Under the pieces are notes generated by a model. It saw only the letters and a program-made list of their open reading frames with translations, made no database searches and was not told the DNA's origin. From NCBI GenBank assembly GCA_017557885.1, contig JAFYXV010000009.1, positions 27,049 to 91,048 on the forward strand: a stretch of 64,000 nt of DNA, read 5' to 3'. Position 1 is the first letter of the stretch. The number at the start of each line of letters is the position of its first letter. Shown one piece after another: positions 35,120 through 43,922 of the stretch. Source of the stretch: a bacterium. GTDB lineage: Bacteria > Auribacterota > UBA3054. Made by a program: the position numbers and the translations under genes.

Positions 35120-36399
35120 AGCAAGCCCTCCAACACGGCCGTGCCGGTCACGTCGTAGCTGGCGGCGCCGGTTATTTTAACGGGAATGATGGAGCCCAGA
35201 GGGATCTTCTTGGCGTTTCTTATAATAACTTCGTTGTCCACGTCCGGAGCGTCCGCCATCCTTCTGCCGAATCCCCTGTCCTTTTCCTTGCGGTCCAGTA
35301 TGACCGGGATGGTCTTGCCGATGTAAGCGCGGTTTTTCTTCAGGGAGATCTCTTTCTGGACTCTCATAAGATGGTCGGCTCTTTCCTCCTTCAGCAGCTG
35401 GTCGATGGGGTCGCCCAGGGGGAAGGCCGGAGTCTGTTCCTCCAGAGAATAGGCGAAAACGCCCAGATGATGGAAAAGGCCTTCTTTGACGAAAGCTTCC
35501 AATTCCCGGTAAGCCTCCTCCGTCTCTCCCGGGAAGCCGGTGATGAAGGTCGTTCTCAGCGTCACGTCCGGGATCTTGTTAACGATCTTCTCAAGCAGCT
35601 TTTTCGTGAAGGCGTGGGTGGGCCTGCGCATGGCTTTCAAAACGTCCTCGTTGACGTGCTGCAAGGGCAGGTCGATGTATTTGCAGATCTTCTCCTCGCC
35701 TGCTATGACGTCGATGAGCTCGTCGCTCATGGTGGCGGGATAGAGGTACTGCAGCCTGATCCAGTAGAGGTCGTCGATGGCGCAGAGTTTTTTCAGAAGT
35801 TTGGGAAGCTCGGGATAAGCCGAGGTGTCCTGGGCGATGACGTTCAGTTCTACCACGCCTTCTTCGGCCATCTCTTTCGCTTCAGCGACAAGTTTGTCCA
35901 TTGGCTCGCTGACCATGCCGCCCCTCAGTCTGGGGATGGAGCAGAAAGCGCATTTGTGCTCGCAGCCGTCCGCCACCCTCAGGAATCCGTAATGCGGCGG
36001 CGTTATGCGCACTCTGGGGCCGTAGGGAATATCGGCGGCGGGCGCTTTGGGGCCGAAAAGCTTTTTGACAGCCTTCAAAATGTTTTCTTCGCTGGCCACG
36101 GGAAGCCAGCAGTCAACTTCATACTGCCGTTCCTTGAGAACGTTTTCGCCGTAATAATTGACGAAGCAGCCTGTGACGATCAGTTTCTGATCCGGCCTTT
36201 TCTGGGACACCAGCTCTATTATGACCGCGGAAGCTTCGTCCCTGGCCTCAGTGATGAAAGCGCAGGTGTTGACCAGCATCAGATCAGCTTCTTCCGGAGT
36301 GGCGCAGATCTCGCAGCCTTCCTGCAGAAGGCTGCCAAGCATTTTCTCCGTGTCCACCTGGTTTTTGGCGCAGCCCAAACTCACGACGTAGATCTTCAT
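35116..36399 (-). CDS. rimO: ribosomal protein S12 methylthiotransferase (radical SAM, MTTase family)
   Basis: It has MKIYVVSLGCAKNQVDTE, VNTCAF, the radical-SAM CEHKCAFC and a C-terminal TRAM domain. Length is 427 aa. Confidence 0.85.
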   Translation of the reverse strand: MKIYVVSLGCAKNQVDTEKMLGSLLQEGCEICATPEEADLMLVNTCAFITEARDEASAVIIELVSQKRPDQKLIVTGCFVNYYGENVLKERQYEVDCWLPVASEENILKAVKKLFGPKAPAADIPYGPRVRITPPHYGFLRVADGCEHKCAFCSIPRLRGGMVSEPMDKLVAEAKEMAEEGVVELNVIAQDTSAYPELPKLLKKLCAIDDLYWIRLQYLYPATMSDELIDVIAGEEKICKYIDLPLQHVNEDVLKAMRRPTHAFTKKLLEKIVNKIPDVTLRTTFITGFPGETEEAYRELEAFVKEGLFHHLGVFAYSLEEQTPAFPLGDPIDQLLKEERADHLMRVQKEISLKKNRAYIGKTIPVILDRKEKDRGFGRRMADAPDVDNEVIIRNAKKIPLGSIIPVKITGAASYDVTGTAVLEGLL

Positions 36400-36400
36400 T

Positions 36401-37003
36401 TCACTCTATCTCGGGAAGCTTTTCATTGAAGTTGAATTCCTGCTTGGCGGAGCGGATGATCTGAAGTTCCTGGGGAACGCCAAGCTCTTTTTCGGAAAGC
36501 TTGCGCTCGTTTTTCACGGGATCCTTGGTTATGTTCTTGTTGGAGCGGGTCCGGCCTGTGATCTTGACCAGGGCGATGATGACGCCCAGCACCACCAAGG
36601 CGAACACGAACCAGTGCCGGGGCATGATGTCCCCTTCCTCTTTCTGGCGGGAGCCCTCCTTGTTTTTGCGCAAGACTTTTTCCGAGACCGGAACGGAGCT
36701 GGAGGGAAAGGCGGAATACTGCGAGGTCATGGCCTGGAAGCGCTCGGCCAGCTGTTTGCCGTCCAATCCGAGATAGTTCCCGTATTTCAAAATGTAGTTT
36801 TTCGTATAGATGGGCACGGGCATATGCTCGTAATCGTCACGCTCCAAAGCTTCCAGATAGGAGACCTTGATGCGTATGACTTCCGATATGTCCATGAGGG
36901 ACAGGTTCCGCGCTTCCCTGGCAGCTTTCAGCTGTTCTCCGATGCCGGGAGGCATGACCGTCTGCATGTCGTCTTTTTGATTGTTATTGTGATCACTCAT
37001 CAT
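36401..37003 (-). CDS. RodZ-like HTH membrane protein
   Basis: It has an XRE-type HTH (IGEQLKAAREARNLSLMDISEVIRIKVSYLEALE.DDY) followed by one TM helix (WFVFALVVLGVIIALV). Confidence 0.65.
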   Translation of the reverse strand: MMSDHNNNQKDDMQTVMPPGIGEQLKAAREARNLSLMDISEVIRIKVSYLEALERDDYEHMPVPIYTKNYILKYGNYLGLDGKQLAERFQAMTSQYSAFPSSSVPVSEKVLRKNKEGSRQKEEGDIMPRHWFVFALVVLGVIIALVKITGRTRSNKNITKDPVKNERKLSEKELGVPQELQIIRSAKQEFNFNEKLPEIE

Positions 37004-39329
37004 CTTCTTCGTTCAATTCTTCGTTTTCGCTTTCAAACATCTCTTCCTGGTAGCCGTCGGCGGAACCGCCCTCCAGCGGATTGCCGTCCTCCGGGGGCCA
37101 GCTCTCGACCAGGATGTCCCTGGGCTTGGAGCCGTTCCTGGGCCCGACGACCTTCAGTTTTTCCATGGTGTCGATCATGCGGGCGGCGCGGGCGTAGCCC
37201 ACCGACAGCACGCGCTGCAAATAAGAGGCGCTGGCGTTGCCGGAGCTCAGCACGTACTGGATCGCTTCGTCGAGCTTGGGATCGTAATCGATGTCGCCTT
37301 CCACGAGATCGTCTTCCCGCCCTTCCATGAAGTCAACATAATTGGGCTCCCTCTGCTCGCGGACAAAATCAGTCACGCGCTTAACTTCGTCTTCGGAGAC
37401 GAAGGCGCCCTGGATGCGCAGGGTGCGGTTGTAAGTTTGGGACTTGATCAGCATGTCGCCCATGCCGAGAAGCTTGTCGCTGCCCATCTCGTCCAGGATC
37501 ACGCGGGAATCTATGCCGGAAGTGGTCTTGAAGGCGATGCGGGCGGGAATGTTGGCCTTTATCGTGCCTGTGATGACGTTGGTGGAGGGACGCTGCGTGG
37601 CCAGCACCATGTGTATGCCGGCGGCGCGGGCCAGCTGGGCCAGGCGCTGGATCTTCTTTTCAATGTTGTCGCCCTGAGTCAGCATAAGGTCGGCCAGCTC
37701 GTCCACCACCAGCACGATATAGGGCAGGAAATTCGGCACGTCGTATTCCTGGCTGCCGTACTGGATCTTCAAATCTTTGGGATTCTGGGCTCGCTGCGCA
37801 TTAAAGGAGGTTATGTCCCTGACTCCGGCCCGGGAGAAGAATTTATAACGGCGGTCCATTTCCACAAGGAGCCAATCCAAAGCGTCAGGCACTTTTTCCA
37901 GGTCCGTAAGCACGGGAACGAGCAAATGCGGGATATCGTGGTAGAGAGTCATCTCCACCTGCTTGGGATCCACCAGGATCATTTTCAGTTCATCCGGACG
38001 GAAGCGGAAAAGCAGGCTCAGAAGGATGGTGTTTATGCAAACTGATTTGCCGGAACCGGTGGCGCCCGCCACCAGAAGGTGCGGCATCTTGGCCAGATCG
38101 TCCACGAAAGTCCCGCCGTCCAGCATCTGGCCGAGGGCCATCATCAGCTTCATCTTTTTGCTCTTTTCCTTATATTCCGGAGTCGTGCAAAGCTGAGAGA
38201 AGAAAACGTTCCTCCTGGTGCCGTTGGGGATCTCCACGCCGACCGCGTCGCGGCCCGGGATGGGCGCAACGATACGGATGGAGGTGGCTTCCATGGCCAT
38301 GGCGATCTCGTCCTCCAGCTGCGTGATGCGGTTCACTCTCACGCCCGGGCGGGGATGCACCTCGTAACAGGTGATGGTGGGGCCGCAGATAACGTTTCCA
38401 ATGTCGGCTTCCACCCCGTATTGCTCGAAAACTTCCTTCAGGATCTTGGCCCTGCCCCTGGCCTCGCCTTCCAGCTCCTTCAGGTCGGAAACATCCGGCA
38501 TGTCAAGCAGTTCGTAATCCGGCAATTCGTAGGGAGGCAGATCGCTCTCGTCGGTGGTCATGATCGTTGGCACGGGCCTGTCCTCGGGAGGTTCCGGACG
38601 CGGCTCGGGACGTTTCGGCTGTGGCTTGGGTTTAGGCGTGATCTTCGGTTCGGGAATGATGACTTCAACGTCCCGCGGCTCCTTGCCAGAGGGCTTGTCC
38701 TGTTCGTTGTCAAGCTGGTCCTTCAGCTTTCTGGCGGCGATCCACTTGACGAAGGAGGCGATCCAGCCGGCAAAGATGCACAGTCCGTTCCAGACGCCTT
38801 TCGCCATGGAGACCAGGTTGGTGTTGAAAAGCAAAGTCAGCGCCACCAAAAGGACCGCCGTAAGGACAATGGAAGTTCCCACCACGCCCAAAGGCGGCGT
38901 CAGGATGGAGCAGATCCCCTTTCCCACAAGGCCTCCCCCGGAGGGGATCTGCAGGACCTTCACGGGATCCGGATGAAGCATGTGCAAAAGAGAGGAAGCC
39001 GTGCAGACGCTCACCACGAACATAAAGGAACGCATCAGGAGGATCTTGCCCGGCAGCCATTCCTTGGCGCGGAACACGATGACGGCCAGGGCTACGCAGC
39101 AAAGGATCAAAAGATAAAAACCGTAGCCGAAGGCGTGATAAAAAGCGAAAGAAACATGCGCCCCCACGTAGCCTACGGCGTTGCCGCCGTCGCTGGAGGC
39201 GGTAGCTCCATGGTAAGTGCCTATGGAGACGGTCAAAAGGATCGCAATTACGAAAAGTGAAAAAGCGCAGAGCTCCCTCACCCTGTCGGAAACGAAATTG
39301 CCTATCTTTTCTTTTGTTTCTGTTCTCAT
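36993..39329 (-). CDS. ftsK: DNA translocase FtsK
   Basis: It has N-terminal TM helices, a Pro/Lys-rich linker, Walker A VAGATGSGKSV, the motor domain and the C-terminal gamma domain (YLQRVLSVGYARAARMID). The start is set at 39329 because the -10 element at 39337-39342 lies downstream of the track start at 39356. Confidence 0.93.
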   Translation of the reverse strand: MRTETKEKIGNFVSDRVRELCAFSLFVIAILLTVSIGTYHGATASSDGGNAVGYVGAHVSFAFYHAFGYGFYLLILCCVALAVIVFRAKEWLPGKILLMRSFMFVVSVCTASSLLHMLHPDPVKVLQIPSGGGLVGKGICSILTPPLGVVGTSIVLTAVLLVALTLLFNTNLVSMAKGVWNGLCIFAGWIASFVKWIAARKLKDQLDNEQDKPSGKEPRDVEVIIPEPKITPKPKPQPKRPEPRPEPPEDRPVPTIMTTDESDLPPYELPDYELLDMPDVSDLKELEGEARGRAKILKEVFEQYGVEADIGNVICGPTITCYEVHPRPGVRVNRITQLEDEIAMAMEATSIRIVAPIPGRDAVGVEIPNGTRRNVFFSQLCTTPEYKEKSKKMKLMMALGQMLDGGTFVDDLAKMPHLLVAGATGSGKSVCINTILLSLLFRFRPDELKMILVDPKQVEMTLYHDIPHLLVPVLTDLEKVPDALDWLLVEMDRRYKFFSRAGVRDITSFNAQRAQNPKDLKIQYGSQEYDVPNFLPYIVLVVDELADLMLTQGDNIEKKIQRLAQLARAAGIHMVLATQRPSTNVITGTIKANIPARIAFKTTSGIDSRVILDEMGSDKLLGMGDMLIKSQTYNRTLRIQGAFVSEDEVKRVTDFVREQREPNYVDFMEGREDDLVEGDIDYDPKLDEAIQYVLSSGNASASYLQRVLSVGYARAARMIDTMEKLKVVGPRNGSKPRDILVESWPPEDGNPLEGGSADGYQEEMFESENEELNEEDDE

Positions 39330-39336
39330 ATTAATT

Positions 39337-39345
39337 ATTATAGCA
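39337..39345 (-). promoter_or_regulatory. extended -10 promoter element TGCTATAAT for the ftsK operon (predicts a leaderless mRNA)
   Basis: The minus strand reads TTTTTGCTATAAT. Seven nt (aattaat) separate the -10 from the ATG at 39329. Confidence 0.55.
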
Positions 39346-39435
39346 AAAACACGCACCGCTTCCAGCCTGTGCGCAAAAAACTTTCCGCCCGTCTTTTCGG
39401 CAGAATTCCAAAAACCTTCCGGGCTTCGCCGGAAA

Positions 39436-39467
39436 AATGAAAAACGAGCGGCATTTTAGCCGCTCGT
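39436..39467 (-). terminator. rho-independent terminator after the small lipoprotein gene
   Basis: The stem is ACGAGCGGC (39444-39452) / GCCGCTCGT (39459-39467) with loop ATTTTA. The minus strand continues TTTTCATTTTT. It starts 5 nt after the stop at 39472. Confidence 0.8.
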
Positions 39468-39471
39468 TTTT

Positions 39472-39636
39472 TCACCAGTTGAAGGTCGGATTCAGATCCA
39501 GTTCCTTCTCTTCCGGCCTGGGTTGGTTCCAGGGGATCGCGCTGTCCTCCTCCGCGTTGCGGTAATCAAGCGCTTCGCAGCCTGAAAGGACAAGAGACAA
39601 AGCCGCCGCGAGAAGGAGCAGGGAGATCCTGAACAT
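39472..39636 (-). CDS. small lipoprotein (54 aa), absent from the ORF track
   Basis: The translation is MFRISLLLLAAALSLVLSGCEALDYRNAEEDSAIPWNQPRPEEKELDLNPTFNW. It has the lipobox LSGC, its ATG overlaps the upstream stop (TAATG), and it is followed at once by a terminator. Confidence 0.65.
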   Translation of the reverse strand: MFRISLLLLAAALSLVLSGCEALDYRNAEEDSAIPWNQPRPEEKELDLNPTFNW

Positions 39637-40457
39637 TAGTTGTTCTTGAGGCCGATCTCGTTGTTGACTTTGTCGCCCACCTGGGGGATCTGGCCTTCGA
39701 TGAGGTCTTTGCTCTCGGCGCCGCAGAGATTGTCCTGATCGTCATAGATGCGCACGACTTTCAAAGTGCCGATGACGGTGGTGCCGCGGGTCACTTTCAG
39801 TTCCTGACCGACGGGCAGTCCGGCGCCTTTGCCAACGCTCAGAATGTAGGAGGCGGGATAATCGGCTCCGGCCGGATTGACGGCCAGGATCTCGCCGGCG
39901 AACACCGGGGCTTCTTCCAGGGAGAGGCCGTGCTCAAGCAGATTCATCTTGAAGCTGTTGGCCTGCTTTTCGGCAGCCTGCTGGGCTTCTTTTGCGGAGG
40001 CAACTTCGCCTTTCAGACTTTCGATGGCTTTTTCCTTGGCTTCGATATCGGCCTTGAGGCTTTCCGCAGCGTCCTGGGCTTCCTTCAGCTCAGTCTCCTT
40101 CTGCTCGACCTGGGATTTCAGATCGCTGATGGTGGTCTGAAGAGCGTTGAGGGCGTCTTCGCCGCCTTCTTCGGAACCGATGTTAGCGGTCAGTTCTTCA
40201 TATTTGGCCTTCAAAGCGGCAAGCTCTTCCTCCAAACCTTTCTTGGCGGTCTCCAAAGCCGTAAGTTTGGCCTGGATGTCAGCGGTCTGCTGTTCCGCGG
40301 CTTCTTTGGCAGCCTTGGCTTCAGTAACTTCCTGCTGGCATTTCGTCAGTTTGGCCTGGGTGTTTTTCAGTTCGCCGTTGGTCTGGTACCACTTATAGCC
40401 TAAGCCGGCCGCGGCCAGAATAGCGATGATCGCCACTAAAGTTGCTACAACTTTCAT
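39636..40457 (-). CDS. membrane-anchored coiled-coil protein of unknown function
   Basis: It has an N-terminal TM helix (VVATLVAIIAILAAAGLG), about 150 aa of Ala/Glu/Lys-rich heptad sequence, and a C-terminal beta-rich domain (GQELKVTRGTTVIGTLKVVRIYD). Confidence 0.5.
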   Translation of the reverse strand: MKVVATLVAIIAILAAAGLGYKWYQTNGELKNTQAKLTKCQQEVTEAKAAKEAAEQQTADIQAKLTALETAKKGLEEELAALKAKYEELTANIGSEEGGEDALNALQTTISDLKSQVEQKETELKEAQDAAESLKADIEAKEKAIESLKGEVASAKEAQQAAEKQANSFKMNLLEHGLSLEEAPVFAGEILAVNPAGADYPASYILSVGKGAGLPVGQELKVTRGTTVIGTLKVVRIYDDQDNLCGAESKDLIEGQIPQVGDKVNNEIGLKNN

Positions 40458-40520
40458 TTCTTGCTCCGATTGTTTATGGGATATGATTAGTTTTATTATC
40501 GATTTGAAATTATCGTGTAA

Positions 40521-40549
40521 ATTATACTAGACAGTCCTTTACAAGTCAA
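40521..40549 (-). promoter_or_regulatory. sigma70-type promoter TTGACT-N17-TATAAT for the coiled-coil gene
   Basis: The minus strand reads TTGACT tgtaaaggactgtctag TATAAT. It predicts a leader of about 57 nt with GGAG before the ATG at 40457. Confidence 0.65.
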
Positions 40550-40557
40550 GGCAGGAG

Positions 40558-42852
40558 CTATTCCGAAGTCTTGGCGGCGTTTGCGTACGCATCGCGCCAG
40601 GCTTTCCCGAGCTCCTTGACCTCTCCTTTTATAAGGGTCTCGCCGTTCACCATAATTGTCAGTTCGCCGCCGCCCACGGTTCCCAGAAGGTCGCACTGCA
40701 CGCCGGCTTTCCCGGCCATTTCCTCCAGGGCCGTCAGATTTTCCGGCGCCAGGGAAACTATGACGCGGGACTGCTGTTCGCCGAACAAAAGGGCGTCGTG
40801 GCGCGGGGTGCGCCTGGCCACCGGCGAGAAGTCCAGTTTGGCTCCCAAAACGACCGCTTCGCTCTCCAGTTCCATGGGAGCGGTGAAACAGCATTCCGCG
40901 GCGCAGACCGCCAGGCCGCCTTCCGAAACGTCGTGGGCGGATCTGATGATACCCGATCTGATGGCCTCAAGCAGCACGTCCTGCAGCGCTTTTTCTTTTT
41001 CAAGCTCCATAACGGGAGGACAGCCTGTCTTCAGGTCGTGGATCCTTCTCAGGTATTCGCTGCCGCCGATGCCGGCCAGCTGATCGTCCTGCAAGCCGTC
41101 CAGAAGGCAGACGACGTCTCCTTCTTTCTTGAACCACTGGGTGGTGATGTGTTCCTTTTTGTCGATCTGCCCGACCATGACCACCAGAGGAGTGGGATCG
41201 ATGGCGCCTTCCGGATTTTCGTTGTAGAAGCTGACGTTGCCGCCGGTCACCGGAGTGTTGAAGGCCTCGCAGCCCTCCTTCAGACCTTCCACGCAGGCTT
41301 TGAACTGCCAGTAGATCTCGGGCTTGGTGGGGTTGCCGAAGTTGAGGCAGTCAGTAAGGGCCAGGGGTCGTCCGCCGGAGCAGACGATGTTCCTGGCGCT
41401 CTCCGCCACGGCAATCCTGGAACCCATGACGGGATCGAGATAGCAATAGCGGCCGTTGCAGTCCGCGGAAAGGGAGAGATACTTGTCCGCTTCCCTCATC
41501 CAGAAGACCGCGGCGTCGGAGCCGGGCAGGACCACCGTGCCGGTCCTGACCATGTGGTCGTAGCGGCGGTAGATGTCTTTTTTGCTGCCGATGGTTGGCT
41601 CGGACAAAAGCTTTGTGAGAATGCCCGTCATGTCGCTGCCGGGCTGGGGCAATTCGCTGAGTTTCCAGGCGGAAACGGCTTTAAGATAGCGGGGCTTCGT
41701 GGCCGGCGGATCGTAAAGGGGCGCGTCGTCCGCGATCTCTCTGGCGGGTATTTCCGCCACGACCTTGCCGTTGTATTTCACGCGCATCAAGCCGTCGTCG
41801 GTCACATGTCCGATCTCCACGGCGTGAAGGTCCCATTTCTCGAAGATCTTGTGCACCGCCTCTTCCCTGCCCTTCTTGACGATGACCAGCATGCGCTCCT
41901 GGCTTTCGGAGAGCAGGATCTCGTAGGGAGTCATGTTGGCTTCGCGCTGCGGGACCAAGGCCACGTCGATCTCCACGCCGCTGCCGCCGCGGCTGGCGGT
42001 CTCGCAGGTGGAGCAGGTCAGGCCCGCCGCGCCCATGTCCTGGATGCCCACGATGTGGTCGGTCTGGAAAAGCTCCAGGCAGGCTTCCAGCAAAAGTTTT
42101 TCCATGAAGGGGTCGCCCACCTGCACGGAGGAGCGCTTGGCTTCCGATTCCTCCGTCAGCTCGGTAGAGGCGAAGGTCGCGCCGTGGATGCCGTCCTTGC
42201 CGGTGGCGGCGCCCACGTAGAAGACCGGGTTGCCAACGCCGGTGGCCTCGCCGCGCTGGATCTCGTTTATCTTCATGACGCCCAGGCTGAAGGCGTTCAC
42301 CAGGCAGTTTGTCTCGTAGGTCTCGTCGTAATAGACGTCGCCGCCGATGGTGGGAATTCCCATGCAGTTGCCGTAATGGGCGATGCCGCCCACCACGCCG
42401 TCAACGAGCTGCTGGACCTGTCCGGAATTCGGGCGGCCGAACCTCAGGGAGTTCATGTTGATGACCGGGCGGGCGCCCATGGTGAAGATGTCTCTCAATA
42501 TGCCGCCCACGCCGGTGGCCGCGCCCTGGAAGGGCTCCACCGCGGAGGGGTGGTTGTGGGATTCGACTTTGAAAGCCACGGCCCAGCCGTCGCCCACGTC
42601 GATGACGCCGGCGTTCTCTTCGCCGGCCTTGATGAGGACCTGGGGGCCTTCCGTGGGGAAATTTTTCAACTGTTTGCGGCTGTTCTTATAGGAGCAGTGC
42701 TCCGACCACATCACGGAAAATATTCCCAGTTCCGTATAAGTCGGCTCCCTTTTCAAAATGCCTTTCAAACGTTCGTATTCTTCCGGAGTCAGACCGTGAT
42801 CAGCAATGAGTTCCGGGGTGATCAGAGGATCTTTGGGCAGACTTTCTACCAT
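40558..42852 (-). CDS. purL: phosphoribosylformylglycinamidine synthase subunit PurL
   Basis: Length is 764 aa. It carries [44 protein letters not shown] and AIR-synthase-like repeats. Confidence 0.97.
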   Translation of the reverse strand: MVESLPKDPLITPELIADHGLTPEEYERLKGILKREPTYTELGIFSVMWSEHCSYKNSRKQLKNFPTEGPQVLIKAGEENAGVIDVGDGWAVAFKVESHNHPSAVEPFQGAATGVGGILRDIFTMGARPVINMNSLRFGRPNSGQVQQLVDGVVGGIAHYGNCMGIPTIGGDVYYDETYETNCLVNAFSLGVMKINEIQRGEATGVGNPVFYVGAATGKDGIHGATFASTELTEESEAKRSSVQVGDPFMEKLLLEACLELFQTDHIVGIQDMGAAGLTCSTCETASRGGSGVEIDVALVPQREANMTPYEILLSESQERMLVIVKKGREEAVHKIFEKWDLHAVEIGHVTDDGLMRVKYNGKVVAEIPAREIADDAPLYDPPATKPRYLKAVSAWKLSELPQPGSDMTGILTKLLSEPTIGSKKDIYRRYDHMVRTGTVVLPGSDAAVFWMREADKYLSLSADCNGRYCYLDPVMGSRIAVAESARNIVCSGGRPLALTDCLNFGNPTKPEIYWQFKACVEGLKEGCEAFNTPVTGGNVSFYNENPEGAIDPTPLVVMVGQIDKKEHITTQWFKKEGDVVCLLDGLQDDQLAGIGGSEYLRRIHDLKTGCPPVMELEKEKALQDVLLEAIRSGIIRSAHDVSEGGLAVCAAECCFTAPMELESEAVVLGAKLDFSPVARRTPRHDALLFGEQQSRVIVSLAPENLTALEEMAGKAGVQCDLLGTVGGGELTIMVNGETLIKGEVKELGKAWRDAYANAAKTSE

Positions 42853-42882
42853 AAGTTTATTCCTTTAAAATTTCCTAAATAA

Positions 42883-43590
42883 TTACTTCGCCAAACTCTT
42901 CAGAAGCGACACGATGATCTTGCGGCCGTCGTCGCTGCCGAGGCCGATCTCCGCGGCGCGCTCCGGGTGCGGCATCATGCCAAGGATCGTGCGTTCCTTG
43001 TTGAAAATGCCGGCGATGTTGTTCCTGGAGCCGTTGGGGTTGACTTCGGGCTTCACCAATCCGTCCTTCGTGCAGTAGCGGAAAGCCACCAGGTTCTCCC
43101 CTTCCAGCCTTTCCAGGGTCTCGTCGTCGGCGTAGTAGTTTCCTTCGCCGTGGGCGATGGGGATGTTGAGGACTTCGCCCTTGCGGCATTCGCTGGTGAA
43201 GATCGTGTCGTTGCGCTCGGTGCGCAGAAAGACATGTTCGCAAATAAAGTTCAGGTCCCTGTTCATGTAAAGGGCGCCGGGAAGGAGCCCCGCTTCGCAC
43301 AGGATCTGGAAGCCGTTGCAGATCCCGATGACCGGGCGGCCGGCTTCGGCATGGGCCTTCACTTCCTCCATGATGGGAGAGAAGCGGGCGATGGCGCCGC
43401 AGCGCAGATAATCGCCGTAGGAGAATCCGCCGGGCAGAACGTAGGCGTCGAAGGTTTCGGGAGCGCTCTCCTTGTGCCAGACGTATTTGGTCTCCGCCCT
43501 CAGCCCCTCTTCCCCGGCCAGGCGGCTGAAAGAAGTCAGGCAGTCATAGTCGCAGTTCGAGCCCGGAAAAACCACTATTCCGATTTTCAT
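42883..43590 (-). CDS. purQ: phosphoribosylformylglycinamidine synthase glutaminase subunit PurQ
   Basis: It carries [32 protein letters not shown] (nucleophile Cys) and MMPHPER. Confidence 0.95.
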   Translation of the reverse strand: MKIGIVVFPGSNCDYDCLTSFSRLAGEEGLRAETKYVWHKESAPETFDAYVLPGGFSYGDYLRCGAIARFSPIMEEVKAHAEAGRPVIGICNGFQILCEAGLLPGALYMNRDLNFICEHVFLRTERNDTIFTSECRKGEVLNIPIAHGEGNYYADDETLERLEGENLVAFRYCTKDGLVKPEVNPNGSRNNIAGIFNKERTILGMMPHPERAAEIGLGSDDGRKIIVSLLKSLAK

Positions 43591-43608
43591 CTTGCAAACT
43601 CCAAAAGT

Positions 43609-43851
43609 TTATTTTTCCAGCTCGTAGCGGAATTGTTCAATATTGGGATTCACGAATAATTTGCGGCTCATTTCCTCTATTTGTTCAGCCGCCTTTTTCT
43701 CGTCGTCGCAATTGAGCTCCACTTCCAGGAAGCGGCCGATCCTCACGGACCCGACGTTTTTGTAATTCATCTGCTCCAGCGCTCTCTGCACCGTCTTTCC
43801 CTGAGGGTCCAAAACACTCTGCTTGAGCGTCACGTAGATTTTAGCTTTCAT
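43609..43851 (-). CDS. purS: phosphoribosylformylglycinamidine synthase subunit PurS
   Basis: Length is 80 aa. It has VTLKQSVLDPQGKTVQRAL and lies upstream of purQ and purL. Confidence 0.9.
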   Translation of the reverse strand: MKAKIYVTLKQSVLDPQGKTVQRALEQMNYKNVGSVRIGRFLEVELNCDDEKKAAEQIEEMSRKLFVNPNIEQFRYELEK

Positions 43852-43888
43852 GATCTTTCCGTTATTTTTTAGATGGTTAATTTTTCAA

Positions 43889-43897
43889 ATGATAGCA
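43889..43897 (-). promoter_or_regulatory. extended -10 promoter element TGCTATCAT for purSQL
   Basis: The minus strand reads TTTTGCTATCAT, with the -10 ending 37 nt upstream of the ATG at 43851. GGAAAG lies before the start. Confidence 0.45.
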
Positions 43898-43922
43898 AAA
43901 TGAAAAAGGGAAAGCAAAACGG

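Noticed and set aside
39330-39356. The longest-ORF start of ftsK at 39356 (MRVFAIIINMRTE...)
   Set aside because: The TGCTATAAT element at 39337-39345 lies inside this extension. A transcript starting downstream of it cannot contain the 39356 ATG. The extension also encodes only AT-rich promoter-like sequence.
39413-39434. A second small hairpin (TTCCGG gcttcg CCGGAA) downstream of the lipoprotein terminator
   Set aside because: It has only a 6-bp stem, is adjacent to a much stronger terminator, and has no associated feature. It is probably incidental or a minor backup terminator.
40798-42882. A 694-aa ORF on the plus strand, opposite purL
   Set aside because: It is a typical high-GC antisense shadow. 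The sequence is Arg/Gly/Ala/His-rich and low in complexity, with no recognisable motifs. The opposite strand encodes an unmistakable PurL across the whole span.
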